Assembly: GCA_963775735.1 (NCBI GenBank)
Contig: CAVZKD010000007.1
Coordinates: forward strand, 1,174,675 to 1,238,674
Length of the DNA stretch: 64,000 nt
Origin: an uncultured Actinomycetes bacterium
GTDB lineage: Bacteria; Actinomycetota; UBA4738; HRBIN12
Direction: 5' to 3'
Made by a program: the position numbers and the translations under genes. Within the stretch, counting starts at the first letter, position 1. Each line of letters begins with the position of its first letter. Below, one piece after another: positions 26,714-37,398 of the stretch. The notes below the pieces were generated by a model, which was not told where the DNA came from, made no database searches, and saw nothing but the letters and a program-made list of their open reading frames with translations.

Positions 26714-28501
26714 GTGGCCCTGGATGAACGCCTGCGCCAAGAGTTCGAGCGTGCCGCGCGCCCGGCCGATCCGAGCGGTATCTACGAGGAGCTGATCCGC
26801 CGGCGGGAGCGCCGCAGGGTGTTGCGCGCCGTTCGGTTGGGAGCGTTGTCCGTGGTCGTTGTGGCCGGGTCGGCCGCCGGGATCCTGGCACTCTCGCGTG
26901 TGATCGGTCCGGGCGAGAGCGACGCCCCGGTTCCGATCTCCTCGACGCCGCTCTCGAACGGCGATCTTGCCTACACGAACGGGGAGCGGATCGTGATCCA
27001 ACAGGCCGACGGCTCCGACAGACGCCCCGTGGCGCCTCCGGAACCCGGCCTCCCCTGGCACATCGCGTGGTCGCCGGACGGGAGCCGGCTTGCCGTCGCG
27101 GTCTTCGCCGACCGGCGAAGCCTGTGGGTGATGGACGCTGATGGCTCGGATCCCGTTCGGGTGGCGAACGCGGAGAACGTCGGACGGCCTTCCTGGCATC
27201 CCGACGGCACGCGTATCACCTACGCGAGCCATGAGGACGCGAGGACGGAGGTGCACATCGTGCGCGCGGACGGCACTGAGGACCGGGTCGTCTATGCGGA
27301 CGATGCCCCGGGTACGTACTCGGTCTTTTCGTCGACCTTCTCCCCCGACGGGTCGGAGATCCTGTTCGACGCGGGCACCGACGTAGGATTCGACATCTTC
27401 GTGATGGCCTCGGACGGCTCGAACGTCCGGCCACTGACAGATACCGGGACCGATTACAACCCCGCGTGGTCGCCAGACGGGTCGCAGATCGTGTTCACGC
27501 GGCAGGAGTCGGCAAGCGGCGAGTCGGACATCTTCTTGATGGATGCGGACGGCGCGAACGTCAGGCGGATCACGGACGATGGATCCGGGGTCAACCTCGA
27601 TCCCCAGTTCTCCCCGGACGGGGCGTTCATCACGTACACGACCGTGAGGAACGGCCTTGCCCAGTCGGTCATCGCCATGCGGCCCGACGGATCGGACCCC
27701 GAGATCCTCATCGAGGATGAGGTGCTGGGATTCTCGTGGCAGCCGGTGCGCGAGGGGGCACGTGACCCGTCGCCGCCGACGGAGTCGCCGATGCCGAGCC
27801 CTTCGGATAGTGTCGGTGACGACCTCGGATTGGGATTCCCGGTGTGCAACATCACTTCGGTGACGGGACACTTCGCGGACCCGAACACCCCCGGCATCGC
27901 GTTCGTCGCGACGAGGACGGGTGACACCGGTGGATGCCCGGACGCGACGGGTGCGTTCAACGTGGTCGCGGTGGACCTCGAGGGCGACGGGCTGGCCGAC
28001 ACGTCCTACGGACCGATCGGATGTGAGAGCGCAGCCTGTGTGGCTTGGGCCGCGCCCGACGTCGACGGGGACGGGACGGACGAGCTGCTCGTGCAGAACG
28101 TGGCGTTCTCGATCGCGGGGCTGAAGCTGTTCGAGGTGCAGATGGGAGACGGCGGGGCCAGCCTCGGCCCGGTCACCGTTCCGCCGCCCGGGAGCGCCGC
28201 GTTCGGCTCCCAGGGGTTCGAGGGCGGAACCGAACCGCAGTTCTGGCTGGGCGGCGATGCCGGACAGTGGGACGCGATCCGATGCGAACCCTTCGAGGGT
28301 GGCCGCGCGTTCGTGTCGACCACGTCGTCCCACCCGATCGACGCGCCCGGCGACGTGGAGGTGACCGAGACGTGGTTCGTCCTGGAGGGCTACGAGCTCC
28401 GAGTGGTCGACGTGCGCGAGTACACCGCGCCGGCAGACGACGACACGCAGCCGCATCGGCAGACCGGCGGGTGCGGGGCGGACCTCGAGCCCTACGGCTG
28501 A
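26714..28501 (+). CDS. Single-pass membrane protein with periplasmic PD40/TolB-like beta-propeller and Cys-rich DxDxDG C-terminal domain (putative sigma partner)
   Basis: GTG 26714 has GAGGAGG 9 nt upstream. The TM segment is 'VRLGALSVVVVAGSAAGILAL'. Five PD40-type repeats are present: 'WSPDGSRLAV', 'WHPDGTRITY', 'FSPDGSEILF', 'WSPDGSQIVF' and 'FSPDGAFITY'. The C-terminal part has 'DLEGDGLAD' and 'DVDGDGTDELLV'. There is no zf-HC2 anti-sigma motif. Confidence 0.7.
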   Translation: MALDERLRQEFERAARPADPSGIYEELIRRRERRRVLRAVRLGALSVVVVAGSAAGILALSRVIGPGESDAPVPISSTPLSNGDLAYTNGERIVIQQADGSDRRPVAPPEPGLPWHIAWSPDGSRLAVAVFADRRSLWVMDADGSDPVRVANAENVGRPSWHPDGTRITYASHEDARTEVHIVRADGTEDRVVYADDAPGTYSVFSSTFSPDGSEILFDAGTDVGFDIFVMASDGSNVRPLTDTGTDYNPAWSPDGSQIVFTRQESASGESDIFLMDADGANVRRITDDGSGVNLDPQFSPDGAFITYTTVRNGLAQSVIAMRPDGSDPEILIEDEVLGFSWQPVREGARDPSPPTESPMPSPSDSVGDDLGLGFPVCNITSVTGHFADPNTPGIAFVATRTGDTGGCPDATGAFNVVAVDLEGDGLADTSYGPIGCESAACVAWAAPDVDGDGTDELLVQNVAFSIAGLKLFEVQMGDGGASLGPVTVPPPGSAAFGSQGFEGGTEPQFWLGGDAGQWDAIRCEPFEGGRAFVSTTSSHPIDAPGDVEVTETWFVLEGYELRVVDVREYTAPADDDTQPHRQTGGCGADLEPYG

Positions 28502-29598
28502 CCGGCGAGCGCCAGCACGAGCTCGTTCAGCACGAGCATCCCGCGCTCGGTGGGAACGAGCGCACCGTCGTCGTGCCGGAGCAGACCGGACTCGATGAAC
28601 GGGGACGAGACCGTCGGGTCGACCGTCGAGGTCGGGATGCCCTCGAGGATCCGTAGCCGCAGGAACACGTCCTCGAGGTGCGCCTCCGAGGGTTCGAGCG
28701 CCTCCTCGCCACCGATCGGGAGTCGTCCCGCCTCGACGCTCGCGAGGTACTCCTGCGGCGGTCGCACGTTCCACCACCGCCGGTCGTCCCGGTACGAGTG
28801 CGCTCCCGCGCCCAATCCGAGGGACGGCGCCCGCCTCCAGTAGCCGAGGTTGTGCACACACTCGAAGCCCGGCCTCGCCCAGTTCGAGATCTCGTAGTGG
28901 CGGTAGCCGGCCTCCGCCAGACGAAGGCATGCGAGCTCGAACATATCGGCCTGGAGGTCGGGATCGGGCGCGGCGACGATCCCCGCCTGCACCTTCCGTC
29001 CGAGCGCGGTCGACGGCTCGATCGTCAGCGCGTACGCGCTCACGTGCTCGGGCGCGAGCTCGATCGCCTCGAGCAGCGTCCGCTCCCACGACCCGAGCGT
29101 CTCCCTGTTCGCGCCGTAGATCAGGTCGAGGTTCACGTTCGTGTACCCGCCGGCCCGCGCATCGCGCATCGCGCGGCGCACCGAGTCGGGGTCGTGCACC
29201 CGCTCGAGGGCAGCGAGCACCGCCCGATCGAACGACTGCGCCCCGATCGACAGCCGCGCGTAGCCCGCGTGCAGGAGACCCGAAAGCGTGCGCTCCTCCA
29301 CGGTGTCGGGGTTCGCCTCGATCGTGATCTCGGCTCGGTCCTCGATCCGGAAGCGGTTGCGGAGCTCCCGCAGGAGCCTCGCGAGGTCGTCGACCTCGAC
29401 CATGGTCGGCGTCCCGCCGCCCAGGAACACGCTGGCGAACCCTTCGTCCGACCATGCCGGCGCCGTCAGCTCGGCTTCCCGCACGAGCGCCGCCACGTAC
29501 CGGCCTCGGAGGTGATCGAGTCCAGCGTACGCGTTGAAGTCGCAGTACCCGCACCGCGTCAGGCAGAACGGCACGTGGACGTAGATGCCTGCGCTCAC
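28492..29598 (-). CDS. hemW: Radical SAM heme chaperone HemW (HemN-like, oxygen-independent coproporphyrinogen oxidase family)
   Basis: 368 aa with '[14 protein letters not shown]' (CxxxCxxC) and 'FLGGGTPT'. GTG 29598 overlaps the lepA stop. Confidence 0.9.
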   Translation of the reverse strand: MSAGIYVHVPFCLTRCGYCDFNAYAGLDHLRGRYVAALVREAELTAPAWSDEGFASVFLGGGTPTMVEVDDLARLLRELRNRFRIEDRAEITIEANPDTVEERTLSGLLHAGYARLSIGAQSFDRAVLAALERVHDPDSVRRAMRDARAGGYTNVNLDLIYGANRETLGSWERTLLEAIELAPEHVSAYALTIEPSTALGRKVQAGIVAAPDPDLQADMFELACLRLAEAGYRHYEISNWARPGFECVHNLGYWRRAPSLGLGAGAHSYRDDRRWWNVRPPQEYLASVEAGRLPIGGEEALEPSEAHLEDVFLRLRILEGIPTSTVDPTVSSPFIESGLLRHDDGALVPTERGMLVLNELVLALAGQP

Positions 29599-31418
29599 TT
29601 CGACTCAACCTTCTGGTCGATGCGCAGGGCGGCGATGAACGCCTCCTGGGGGACATCCACGCGGCCGACGCGACGCATCCGCGCCTTGCCCTTCTTCTGC
29701 TCCTCGAGCAGCTTGCGCTTGCGCGTGATATCGCCCCCGTAGCACTTGGCGAGCACGTCCTTCCGCTTGGCCTTCACGGTCTCCCTCGCGATGATCCTCG
29801 AGCCGATCGATGCCTGGATCGCGACGTCGAACAGCTGCCGCGGGATCAGCTCGCGCAGGCGCTCGACCATCTGCCGTCCGTACTGCTGGGCGCGTTCCCG
29901 AGGCACGACCGCCGAGAAGGCGTCCACGGGTTCGCTGTGCAGGAGCACGTCGACCCGCACGAGGTCGGCCGGGACGTAGCCGAGCGGCTCGTAGTCGAGC
30001 GACGCGTACCCGCGCGTCCTGGATTTCAGCTGGTCGAAGAAGTCGAAGACGATCTCGGCGAGCGGGAGCTGGTAGTGCACCTCGGCGCGTTCGGGCGACA
30101 GGTACTTCATGTCCGACATCTCGCCGCGCCGCGACTGGCACAGGTCGAGGATCGGGCCGAGGTACTCGCTCGGCGTGATGATCGTGGCCAACACGATCGG
30201 CTCCTCGACGCGGTCGTACGTGCCGGGCTGCGGCATCTCGGTCGGGTTGTGCACGACGATCGTCTCGTCGCCCCGGATCACCTGGAACTCGACGTTCGGC
30301 GCGGTCGAGATGAGCTCGAGGCCGAACTCGCGCTCCAAGCGCTCCCGCACGATGTCCATGTGGAGCAGGCCGAGGAACCCGCATCGGAACCCGAACCCGA
30401 GCGCCTGCGAGGTCTCCGGTTCGAACACGAGGGCCGCGTCGTTCAGCTTGAGCTTGTCGAGCGCCTCTCGCAGCTCCGAGTAGTCGCCGCCCTCGGCCGG
30501 GTACAGGCCGCTCCACACCATCGGCTTCGGCTCCCGGTAGCCGGGCAGCGGCTCGCGGGCACCCTGCGCCCCGGCGATCGTCACCGTGTCGCCGACCTTG
30601 ACCTGGTGGACGTCCTTCAGGCCGGTGACGAGGTACCCCACCTCGCCGGCCTCCAAGGTGGGCACCGGCGTCGCCTCGGGCGCGAAGACCCCGCATTCCT
30701 CGGCCTCCGAGTCGAGGCGACCGGCCATGAAGCGCACCTTCGCGCGCGAGCGCAGCACGCCGTCCTTCACCCGCATGTAGGCCACGACGCCGCGGTACGG
30801 GTCGAACGACGAGTCGAAGATCAGGGCCCGCAGCGGGTCGTCCCGTCTCCCCTCGGGCGGCGGGACGCGCCGGATGACCTCGTCGAGCAGGTCCGGCACG
30901 CCCTCCCCGGTCTTGGCCGAAACGCTCAGGATCTCCTCCGGGTCGCAGCCGACGACCTCGGCGAGCTCGCGTGCCGTCCCCGTCGGGTCGGCCTGCGGGA
31001 GGTCGATCTTGTTCAGGACCGGGACGATCGTCAGGCCGGCATCGCGCGCGAGGTGGAAGTTCGCGAGCGTCTGCGCCTCGATCCCCTGCGCCGCGTCGAC
31101 GAGGAGCACCGCTCCCTCGCACGCCGCCAGCGATCGCGAGACCTCGTAGGTGAAGTCCACGTGTCCGGGCGTATCGATCAGGTTCAGCTCGTACTCGTCG
31201 CCGGGTCCGCCATACGAGAGCCGGACCGCCTGCGCCTTGATCGTGATGCCACGCTCGCGCTCGAGGTCCATCTTGTCCAGGTACTGCTCGCGCATGTCCC
31301 GGTCGGCCACGGCATGGGTGAGCTCCAGCAGCCGGTCGGCCAGCGTCGACTTCCCGTGGTCGATATGGGCGACGATGCAGAAGTTCCGGATCCGGGCCGG
31401 CTCGGTCACGGCGCTCAT
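29595..31418 (-). CDS. lepA: Elongation factor 4 (LepA)
   Basis: Track ORF 29595..31490, with the start moved to ATG 31418. It begins '[22 protein letters not shown]', has 'DTPGHVDF' and 'NKID', and ends with the LepA-specific '[51 protein letters not shown]'. Confidence 0.96.
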   Translation of the reverse strand: MSAVTEPARIRNFCIVAHIDHGKSTLADRLLELTHAVADRDMREQYLDKMDLERERGITIKAQAVRLSYGGPGDEYELNLIDTPGHVDFTYEVSRSLAACEGAVLLVDAAQGIEAQTLANFHLARDAGLTIVPVLNKIDLPQADPTGTARELAEVVGCDPEEILSVSAKTGEGVPDLLDEVIRRVPPPEGRRDDPLRALIFDSSFDPYRGVVAYMRVKDGVLRSRAKVRFMAGRLDSEAEECGVFAPEATPVPTLEAGEVGYLVTGLKDVHQVKVGDTVTIAGAQGAREPLPGYREPKPMVWSGLYPAEGGDYSELREALDKLKLNDAALVFEPETSQALGFGFRCGFLGLLHMDIVRERLEREFGLELISTAPNVEFQVIRGDETIVVHNPTEMPQPGTYDRVEEPIVLATIITPSEYLGPILDLCQSRRGEMSDMKYLSPERAEVHYQLPLAEIVFDFFDQLKSRTRGYASLDYEPLGYVPADLVRVDVLLHSEPVDAFSAVVPRERAQQYGRQMVERLRELIPRQLFDVAIQASIGSRIIARETVKAKRKDVLAKCYGGDITRKRKLLEEQKKGKARMRRVGRVDVPQEAFIAALRIDQKVESK

Positions 31419-31464
31419 CGTACGGGCCGGGCCGAGGAACACCCGCTGGTACACTCGCTCGCTC

Positions 31465-31735
31465 ATGGCCAACATCAAGTCGCAGATCAAGCGGAACCGT
31501 CAGAACGAGAAGCGCAACGCCCGGAACAAGGCCGTTCGCTCCTCGCTGAAGACGGCGACGAAGAAGGTCGACGCCGCCGTCACCGGGGGCGATGCAGACT
31601 CCGCGACCGCACTCGCGCGGCAGGCATCGCGCGCCTACGACAAGGCCGCGTCGAAGGGCATCCTCCACAAGCGGACCGCCGCTCGGCACAAGTCCCGGCT
31701 TGGCGAAGACCGCCGACCGCGCTGCTGCCGAGTAG
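31465..31735 (+). CDS. rpsT: 30S ribosomal protein S20 (frame break 35 nt before the inferred stop)
   Basis: '[30 protein letters not shown]...[19 protein letters not shown]'. As assembled it runs on to 31800. Removing one base at ~31697 gives '[11 protein letters not shown]' and TAG at 31733..31735, a normal S20 length. Confidence 0.88.
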
Positions 31736-31807
31736 GGCACCGGCGATCCGAACGCGACGAGGCCAGGTTCGCCCGGAGTGGACAGTGCAAGCGATCGTAG
31801 CGCGCAG

Positions 31808-32767
31808 CTAGCGCGTGGATGCCGCCGGCTCGCCGGCGATCGCCGAGACCACGAGCGGGAGCACGACATCGTCGGTCGCGCCGGACTTCAGCGCGCGATC
31901 GGCCCAGGCGACGCGTTCGTGGAGCGCGACCAGCTCCTTCATCGAGAACCGCTTGGCCTGTTCCCGGTAGCGGCGCACCTGCCAGTCGAACCGTAGGCCG
32001 GCGAGCTTCGCGGCCTCCGCCGGAGGCATCCGCTCGGGGAGCGATCCGACGCGGAGGAGGTCTCGGAGACGCGAGGTGATCCCCCCGAGGACGAGCAGGC
32101 CGGCGCTCCCCCCTTCGAGCAACGTCCGCACCGAACGCATGGCGCCGGGGAGGTCCTTCGCGAACGCCCGGTCGCACAGGTCCCAGACGTGCTGCTCGCC
32201 GAGGCCGCTGAACTGTCGCGCGACCGCGGCAGCCGTGACGCGCTCACCGGGGAACGTCGACGCCAGCTGGTCGAGGGCCTGTTCGAGCGCGCCGGGCTCC
32301 TCGCCGAGCGTCTCCACGAGCGCCGCCGCGCCGTCCGGAGCGAGATCGAGGCCCTTCGGCCGCGCCCGGCGGAGCAGCCATGCCGGCAGCTCCTTTCGCT
32401 GGACCTTCACCTCGCTGACCCGGCCGACGGGCTGCACGAGCTTGACGAGCGTCGCGGGCGCCTTCGCTCGATCCCCCACCATGGCCGTCAGCACGAGTCG
32501 CGCGTCCGGGTCGGGCCCCTCCAGGTAGGCCGACAGCTCGCGGATCGCCTCGGCGGGCAGTGCCTTCGCGTTCGACACGAGGAGCGCTCGGGGTTCGCCG
32601 AACAGCGAGGGCGTGGACAGGTCGGACGTCTCCCCGCCCTCCCACGCGGACCCGTCCACCTCTCGTGGTCGCACGTTCGCAAGGATCTCGAACGCCGCCT
32701 CCCGAAGCAGGAAGGCGTCGGTTCCCCACAACAGGAACGCGGGTGGCCTCGGCTCGGTGGGGCTCAC
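31808..32767 (-). CDS. holA: DNA polymerase III delta subunit
   Basis: 319 codons from GTG 32767 (GTGA overlap with the comEC stop), the C-terminal part of track ORF 31808..34246. It begins 'FLLWGTDAFLLREAA'. The helical C-terminus and the position after comEC match holA synteny. Confidence 0.78.
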   Translation of the reverse strand: MSPTEPRPPAFLLWGTDAFLLREAAFEILANVRPREVDGSAWEGGETSDLSTPSLFGEPRALLVSNAKALPAEAIRELSAYLEGPDPDARLVLTAMVGDRAKAPATLVKLVQPVGRVSEVKVQRKELPAWLLRRARPKGLDLAPDGAAALVETLGEEPGALEQALDQLASTFPGERVTAAAVARQFSGLGEQHVWDLCDRAFAKDLPGAMRSVRTLLEGGSAGLLVLGGITSRLRDLLRVGSLPERMPPAEAAKLAGLRFDWQVRRYREQAKRFSMKELVALHERVAWADRALKSGATDDVVLPLVVSAIAGEPAASTR

Positions 32768-35170
32768 GACGCGGACTCTACAAGTACCCCTCCCCGGTCG
32801 AACGTGACCACCACGGTGCCGAACAGATCGGTGCGGACCACGCGCGTTCCGCCGCTTCGGATCCAGTCCAGGACCTCGGGAACGGGATGCCCGTAGGTGT
32901 TGGGACCGACGCTCACGATCGCGACGTCGGCCCCCACCGCCTCGAAGAACGTCTCGAGCGACGTGGCCGCGCCGTGATGGGGCACCTTGAGGACGTCGGC
33001 GGCGAGGGCCACCTCCTCGTCGAGCATCACCTGCTGCGCGGGTTCCTCGGGTTCGGTGGCGAACAGCACGACGTCCTCGCCGATGCTTGCCCGCACGACG
33101 AGCGCATCGTTGTTCGTGTCGGACTCGGTCCCCGACCAGCATCGGTCGGGCGAAAGGATCTCGAGCCGCACGTCGCCGACCAGGATCACCTCGCCGGCAC
33201 GCGGGTGCCGCACCGGAACCCCTTCGGCTCCGATGGCTTCGGCGAGCGTTTCGGCGTCCGGCGAGTCGCTCGGGCACCCGGGCTCCAGGAACGTTCCGAT
33301 CGGGATCCGGGACAGGACGGCGGGCAACCCGACGATGTGGTCCGCGTGCGCGTGGCTGGCGACGACGAGATCGAGGCGTTTGATGCCGAGCGCCGCGAGC
33401 TCGGTCGCGACGTCGGCGGGTTCGGGCCCGCCGTCCACGAGGATCGCCGCACCGCCCGGCGACGTCAGCAGCGCTGCATCGCCCTGTCCCACGTCGAAGA
33501 AGCGAACCGTGAGCGAGGTCGGCGGTCCCGCCGAGATCGCGCTCGACCAGACGAGCAGCGGAGCCAGCACCACCCCGATCACCACCGCGCGTCGAGGCAG
33601 AGGACGGCCGCTCCGCATCCACCAGGCGAGGAGTAGGACGGCGACGAGCCCGACCGCGAGCGTGGCAGCACCTCCACCGGTGATCCACGGGACCGGCGCC
33701 TGCGCCAGGCGATCGGCGACCGTCTCCAGGTAGCGGAGCGGCACGAGCGCGACGCCGGCGACGAGCCGGCCGAGCGGCTCGACCAGCAGACCCGTGCCGG
33801 CCGCGACCACGCCGAGCAACAGGCACGGCGCCACCGCCGGGAAGGCCAGCACGTTCGCGAGCACGGTCGACGTCGGGACCTCGTGGAAGTGGAACAGGAG
33901 GATCGGGGTCACACCGGCCTGCGCCGCGAGGGTGGCGCCCGTCGCGAGCGCCACCGGTCGCGGCAGGAACCGCAGCCGGTCGGCGATCGGCGTCGCCATC
34001 GCGATCATGCCCGCCGTCGCGGCCACGGAGAGCTGGAACCCGACGGACCACACGAGCGCCGGATCGAGCACGAGCAGCAGGCAGACGGCGCCCGCGAGGA
34101 TCGATCCCCCGCTCCTCGGCCGGCCGAGCAGCACACCCACGAGGGCCAGTCCCGCCATGACGCCCGCCCGCATGACCGACGGCTCCGCACCGGTCAGGAC
34201 GACGAAGAACGCGACGATCGCGGCGCCGAGCGCGAACCGCGGCCACCTGGACAGGCGCAGCAGCGCGCCGAAGGCGACGACCGGCGCGAGGACCATCGCG
34301 ACGTTGCCGCCCGAGACCACGAGCAGGTGCGACAGACCGCTCGCCCGGAAGTCACGATCGAGCACCGGGTCGAGCTTCGAGTCGTCGCCGAGGGCGAGAC
34401 CAAGGAGCAGTCCGGCCTCGCGCGGCGGGAACATCTCGACGATCGAGTCGCCGATCAGCGTCCGGACCGCTCGCGACCATCGGAGCGGTGCGAACGAAGC
34501 GTGGCCGAGCCACTCGACGTCGTCGACGAGGAGCTCCGCGGCGATCCCCCGCCGATGGAGGAACGATGCGAACCCGCCGTCCGCGGGGACCTCGAGCGAA
34601 CCCGAGAGGCGCAGCCGGTCGCCGCGGAGGGCGTCCGGCGCCGCATCGTTGCCGGATAGCCACACCGACTCGCGGACCCCAGCGGCGCCGTCCGGCCAGG
34701 TGACCATGCGCACGTCGAACACGGCCGACCAGCCGCGATCGCCCGCCTTCGGGTCCATCCGCAGCGAGCCTTCGACCGTCACCGAGGCAGGTGCCAGCCG
34801 CGCCACGAGGGCGTCGCCCACGCGATGCTCGTGCACCGACCCCCAACCGACCGCGACCGCGGTGACTCCCACGACGGACAGGACGAGGCATCCCCATACC
34901 ACGGGCCGCGGGTTCCCGGTCGTCCGGGATGCCGTGGGACCTCCCGCGGCGCCGGAGACGAGCCCGGCTCGCTCCAGTGGCCCGCGCGCGATGCGCGCGA
35001 CCGGTGTCCGGACCCACGGTGAGCGCGGGGGCGAACGCGGCCGCGGCGGCGAGCGTGAGCGTCCCGCAGAGGAACCACGCCCATGCGTCGACCGCCTCGC
35101 CGATCCACGGACGGACGAGCAGGCCCGTCCATAGGCTGGCGGCGAGCGCGGGAAGGACCCAGCCACTCAC
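32764..35170 (-). CDS. comEC: DNA internalisation competence protein ComEC/Rec2 (frame break near the 5' end as assembled)
   Basis: The polytopic competence domain plus the metallo-beta-lactamase domain ('FFDVGQGDAALL', 'ASHAHADHIVG', 'LKVPHHG') lie in ORF 32764..35166. The first ~50 codons ('VSGWVLPALAASLWTGLLV...AAAAAFAPALTV') are in the ORF 34352..35563 frame from GTG 35170 (GTGA overlap with comEA). The switch is at ~35013. Confidence 0.85.
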
Positions 35171-35829
35171 ACGGTGACGAGCTCCCGGATCGAAGCCAGG
35201 ATCGCATCGCCGATGCCGCTCACGTCCACCAGTTGATCCACGGATGTGAACGGGCCGTTCGCCGTGCGGTGGTCGATGATCCGCTGCGCGATGACCTCGC
35301 CGATCCCGGGCAGGACCTCGAGGTCGGTCGCGGACGCGGTGTTGATGTTGACGAGCCCCCCTGCCGCCGCCCCGGTGCTCCCCACCGGCGGAGCGCCGGC
35401 CGCTCCTTCCCGCGGCACGAGGATCTGGGTTCCGTCGACCAGCAGGGCCGCCAGGTTCAGCGCCTGCAGGAGCGCGCCCGGTCGGGCACCGCCGGCAGCC
35501 TCGATCGCGTCGATGACCCGGGATCCCTCGGCGAACGTGTAGACACCCGGTCGGCGGACCCATCCCGCGACGTCGACGAGCAACGGCGGGCCGGCAGATG
35601 GGCTCGCCTCCGAGGACGCTGCCCCGGTGGGCGCGCTCGCCGTCGCGCGCACCTCGACCGGCCTGGGGAGGGAACGCACGTACCAGAAGCTCGCGCCGCC
35701 GATCGTGACGGCGAGCACGACGATGAGACCGATGATCTCGGCGCGCGAGAGTGCGGACAGGCGTTCGCGGATCGACTCCCCGGACACGCGTTCCCTCCGA
35801 GGGGGGAGCCGGACGGATGCAAAGGACAC
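35167..35829 (-). CDS. comEA: Competence protein ComEA (TM + SLBB + helix-hairpin-helix DNA binding)
   Basis: 220 aa with TM 'IIGLIVVLAVTIGGASFWY', 'VDVAGWVRRPGVYTFAEGSRVIDAIEAAGG' and the HhH pair 'LEVLPGIGEVIAQRI' / 'VDVSGIGDAILASI'. Confidence 0.88.
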   Translation of the reverse strand: MSFASVRLPPRRERVSGESIRERLSALSRAEIIGLIVVLAVTIGGASFWYVRSLPRPVEVRATASAPTGAASSEASPSAGPPLLVDVAGWVRRPGVYTFAEGSRVIDAIEAAGGARPGALLQALNLAALLVDGTQILVPREGAAGAPPVGSTGAAAGGLVNINTASATDLEVLPGIGEVIAQRIIDHRTANGPFTSVDQLVDVSGIGDAILASIRELVTV

Positions 35830-35864
35830 GAGCGATGGAACAGGCGGATCGGGCGAGCGAGAGG

Positions 35865-37278
35865 CTAGCGCTGCGCGCCGGCCGGCGCTGTGACCTGGTT
35901 CACATCGGAAGGAACGCGGCCGGACCCGCCACCCCGGCTCGTCTCGTCGCGCGGGCTCGCCCGTCCAACGTCGACCTCGAGCTCGCCGGGATCGCGGCTC
36001 GGCAGCCAGAACGAGAGCTCGGCGCCCCCACCGGGACCTTCACCGGCTACGAGCTCTCCGTCGTGCGCCCGGACGAGACCCCGCGCGATGTAGAGACCGA
36101 GACCCGCGCCCTGCCCGGACTCGCCGTGCAGCCGGCGGAAGCGACCGAAGACCGACTCCCGCTCCTCGGGCGGGATGCCGGGTCCGCGATCTCGTACCGC
36201 GAAGCACACGCGCTCCCCGACCCGGGACACGACGACGGTGATCATCTCCCCCGCCGGCGCGAACTTGCCCGCGTTGTCGATGAGGTTCGTCAGGACGCGC
36301 ACCATCGCGTCGACGTCGCACACGACGGAACCGACCGCACCCACCTCGACCATGACCTGTCCCTGCCTCCCCGCCGCGACGGTCGCGTCGTCGACCAGAT
36401 CGCGCGGGTCGATCTCGACCAGCGACAGGCGGAGCTCGCCGTCCTCGATCCGCGACATCGTGAGCAGGTCCTCCACCATCCGCGAGAGCCGCTCGGCCTG
36501 CCCCTCCGCACCGTCGATCAGCTCGGAACGGACGTCGTCGGCGAGCGCGCCGCCGTGATCCCGAAGGGTCTCGAGGACGCCGAGGATCGCGGCGAGCGGC
36601 GTCCGAAGTTCGTGGGCCGCGACGGCGACGAACTCTGTCCGTGCGAGGTCGACCTGTCGCAGCCGGGCGACCTCCTCTCGCTCCCGCCCGAGCGCGCGGG
36701 CCCGCGCCTCGGCGATCCGCTCGACCGCGCGGCGTTCCCGGTGGTGGGCCGAACGCTGGTACGACAGGGCGCCCACGGCGAACCCGAAGATGATGATGAT
36801 CATCGGGCGATAGACGAGGGGCTGCCACTCCACACGCCTCGCGCCGAGCAGGAATGCCTCGTGCGAGGATCGCGAGCCCGAAGGCCACCCCGATCGTCTC
36901 CGCGAACCCGAACCGCAGACCGACCGAGACCACCGCGATCAGGTACAAGCTCCAGAACTCGCTCTGGACTCCGCCGGTGGCCGTGATCCACAGGGTGATC
37001 AGCCCCACGTCGATCAGCAACGTCCCGACCCGGAGCCGGACCGAGACCCCCTCCTCGCTCGCCGACACCAGCAGGCAGAGGAAGGCGTAGATGCATGCGA
37101 GCTCGAGGACGACCACGGCCGCCGGCCCGAGCTCCCGGCCCACGCCGAGCGAGCTCAGGTACACGGCGATCACGATCGCGAGCACCGTGATCCGGATGAG
37201 CGCGATCGTCCGTTCGGTTCGGAGCGCGGACGCCGCGAACCCGGGGTCGGAGCTGGCGGCCGGCAGGCTGAAGCGCAT
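35865..37278 (-). CDS. Membrane sensor histidine kinase without adjacent response regulator (one frame break as assembled)
   Basis: The multi-TM N-terminus is in ORF 36040..37278 ('IRITVLAIVIAVYL...WSLYLIAVVSVGL...GVAFGLAIL'). The kinase core is in ORF 35865..36833: H-box 'VAAHELRTPLAAI', N 'LIDNAGKF', G1 'DRGPGI', G2 'GAGLGLYIA'. The switch is at ~36872. Confidence 0.82.
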
Positions 37279-37398
37279 GTCCCGATCCTCGTCGTGCGGA
37301 AACGGCCACGTCGTGGCCTCGAAGGAGGTATCGGCCCGGCCCGATCCGATGTTGAGGAACGGCCCTTCCGTGGAGGTGGGCCGCTCAGCCGGGGGTCG

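Noticed and set aside
26138-29656. 1172-aa minus-strand ORF
   Set aside because: It is antisense to the ECF sigma/beta-propeller genes and in an alternate frame of hemW. It is Arg/Gly/Pro-rich with no motifs.
31808-34246. 812-aa minus-strand ORF taken at face value
   Set aside because: Only the last 319 codons (holA, from GTG 32767) are protein-like. The upstream part is an alternate frame of comEC. The same applies to 20387..21856 (only cdd is real), 48793..50439 (only the last 323 codons) and 29605..31869 (alternate frame of lepA).
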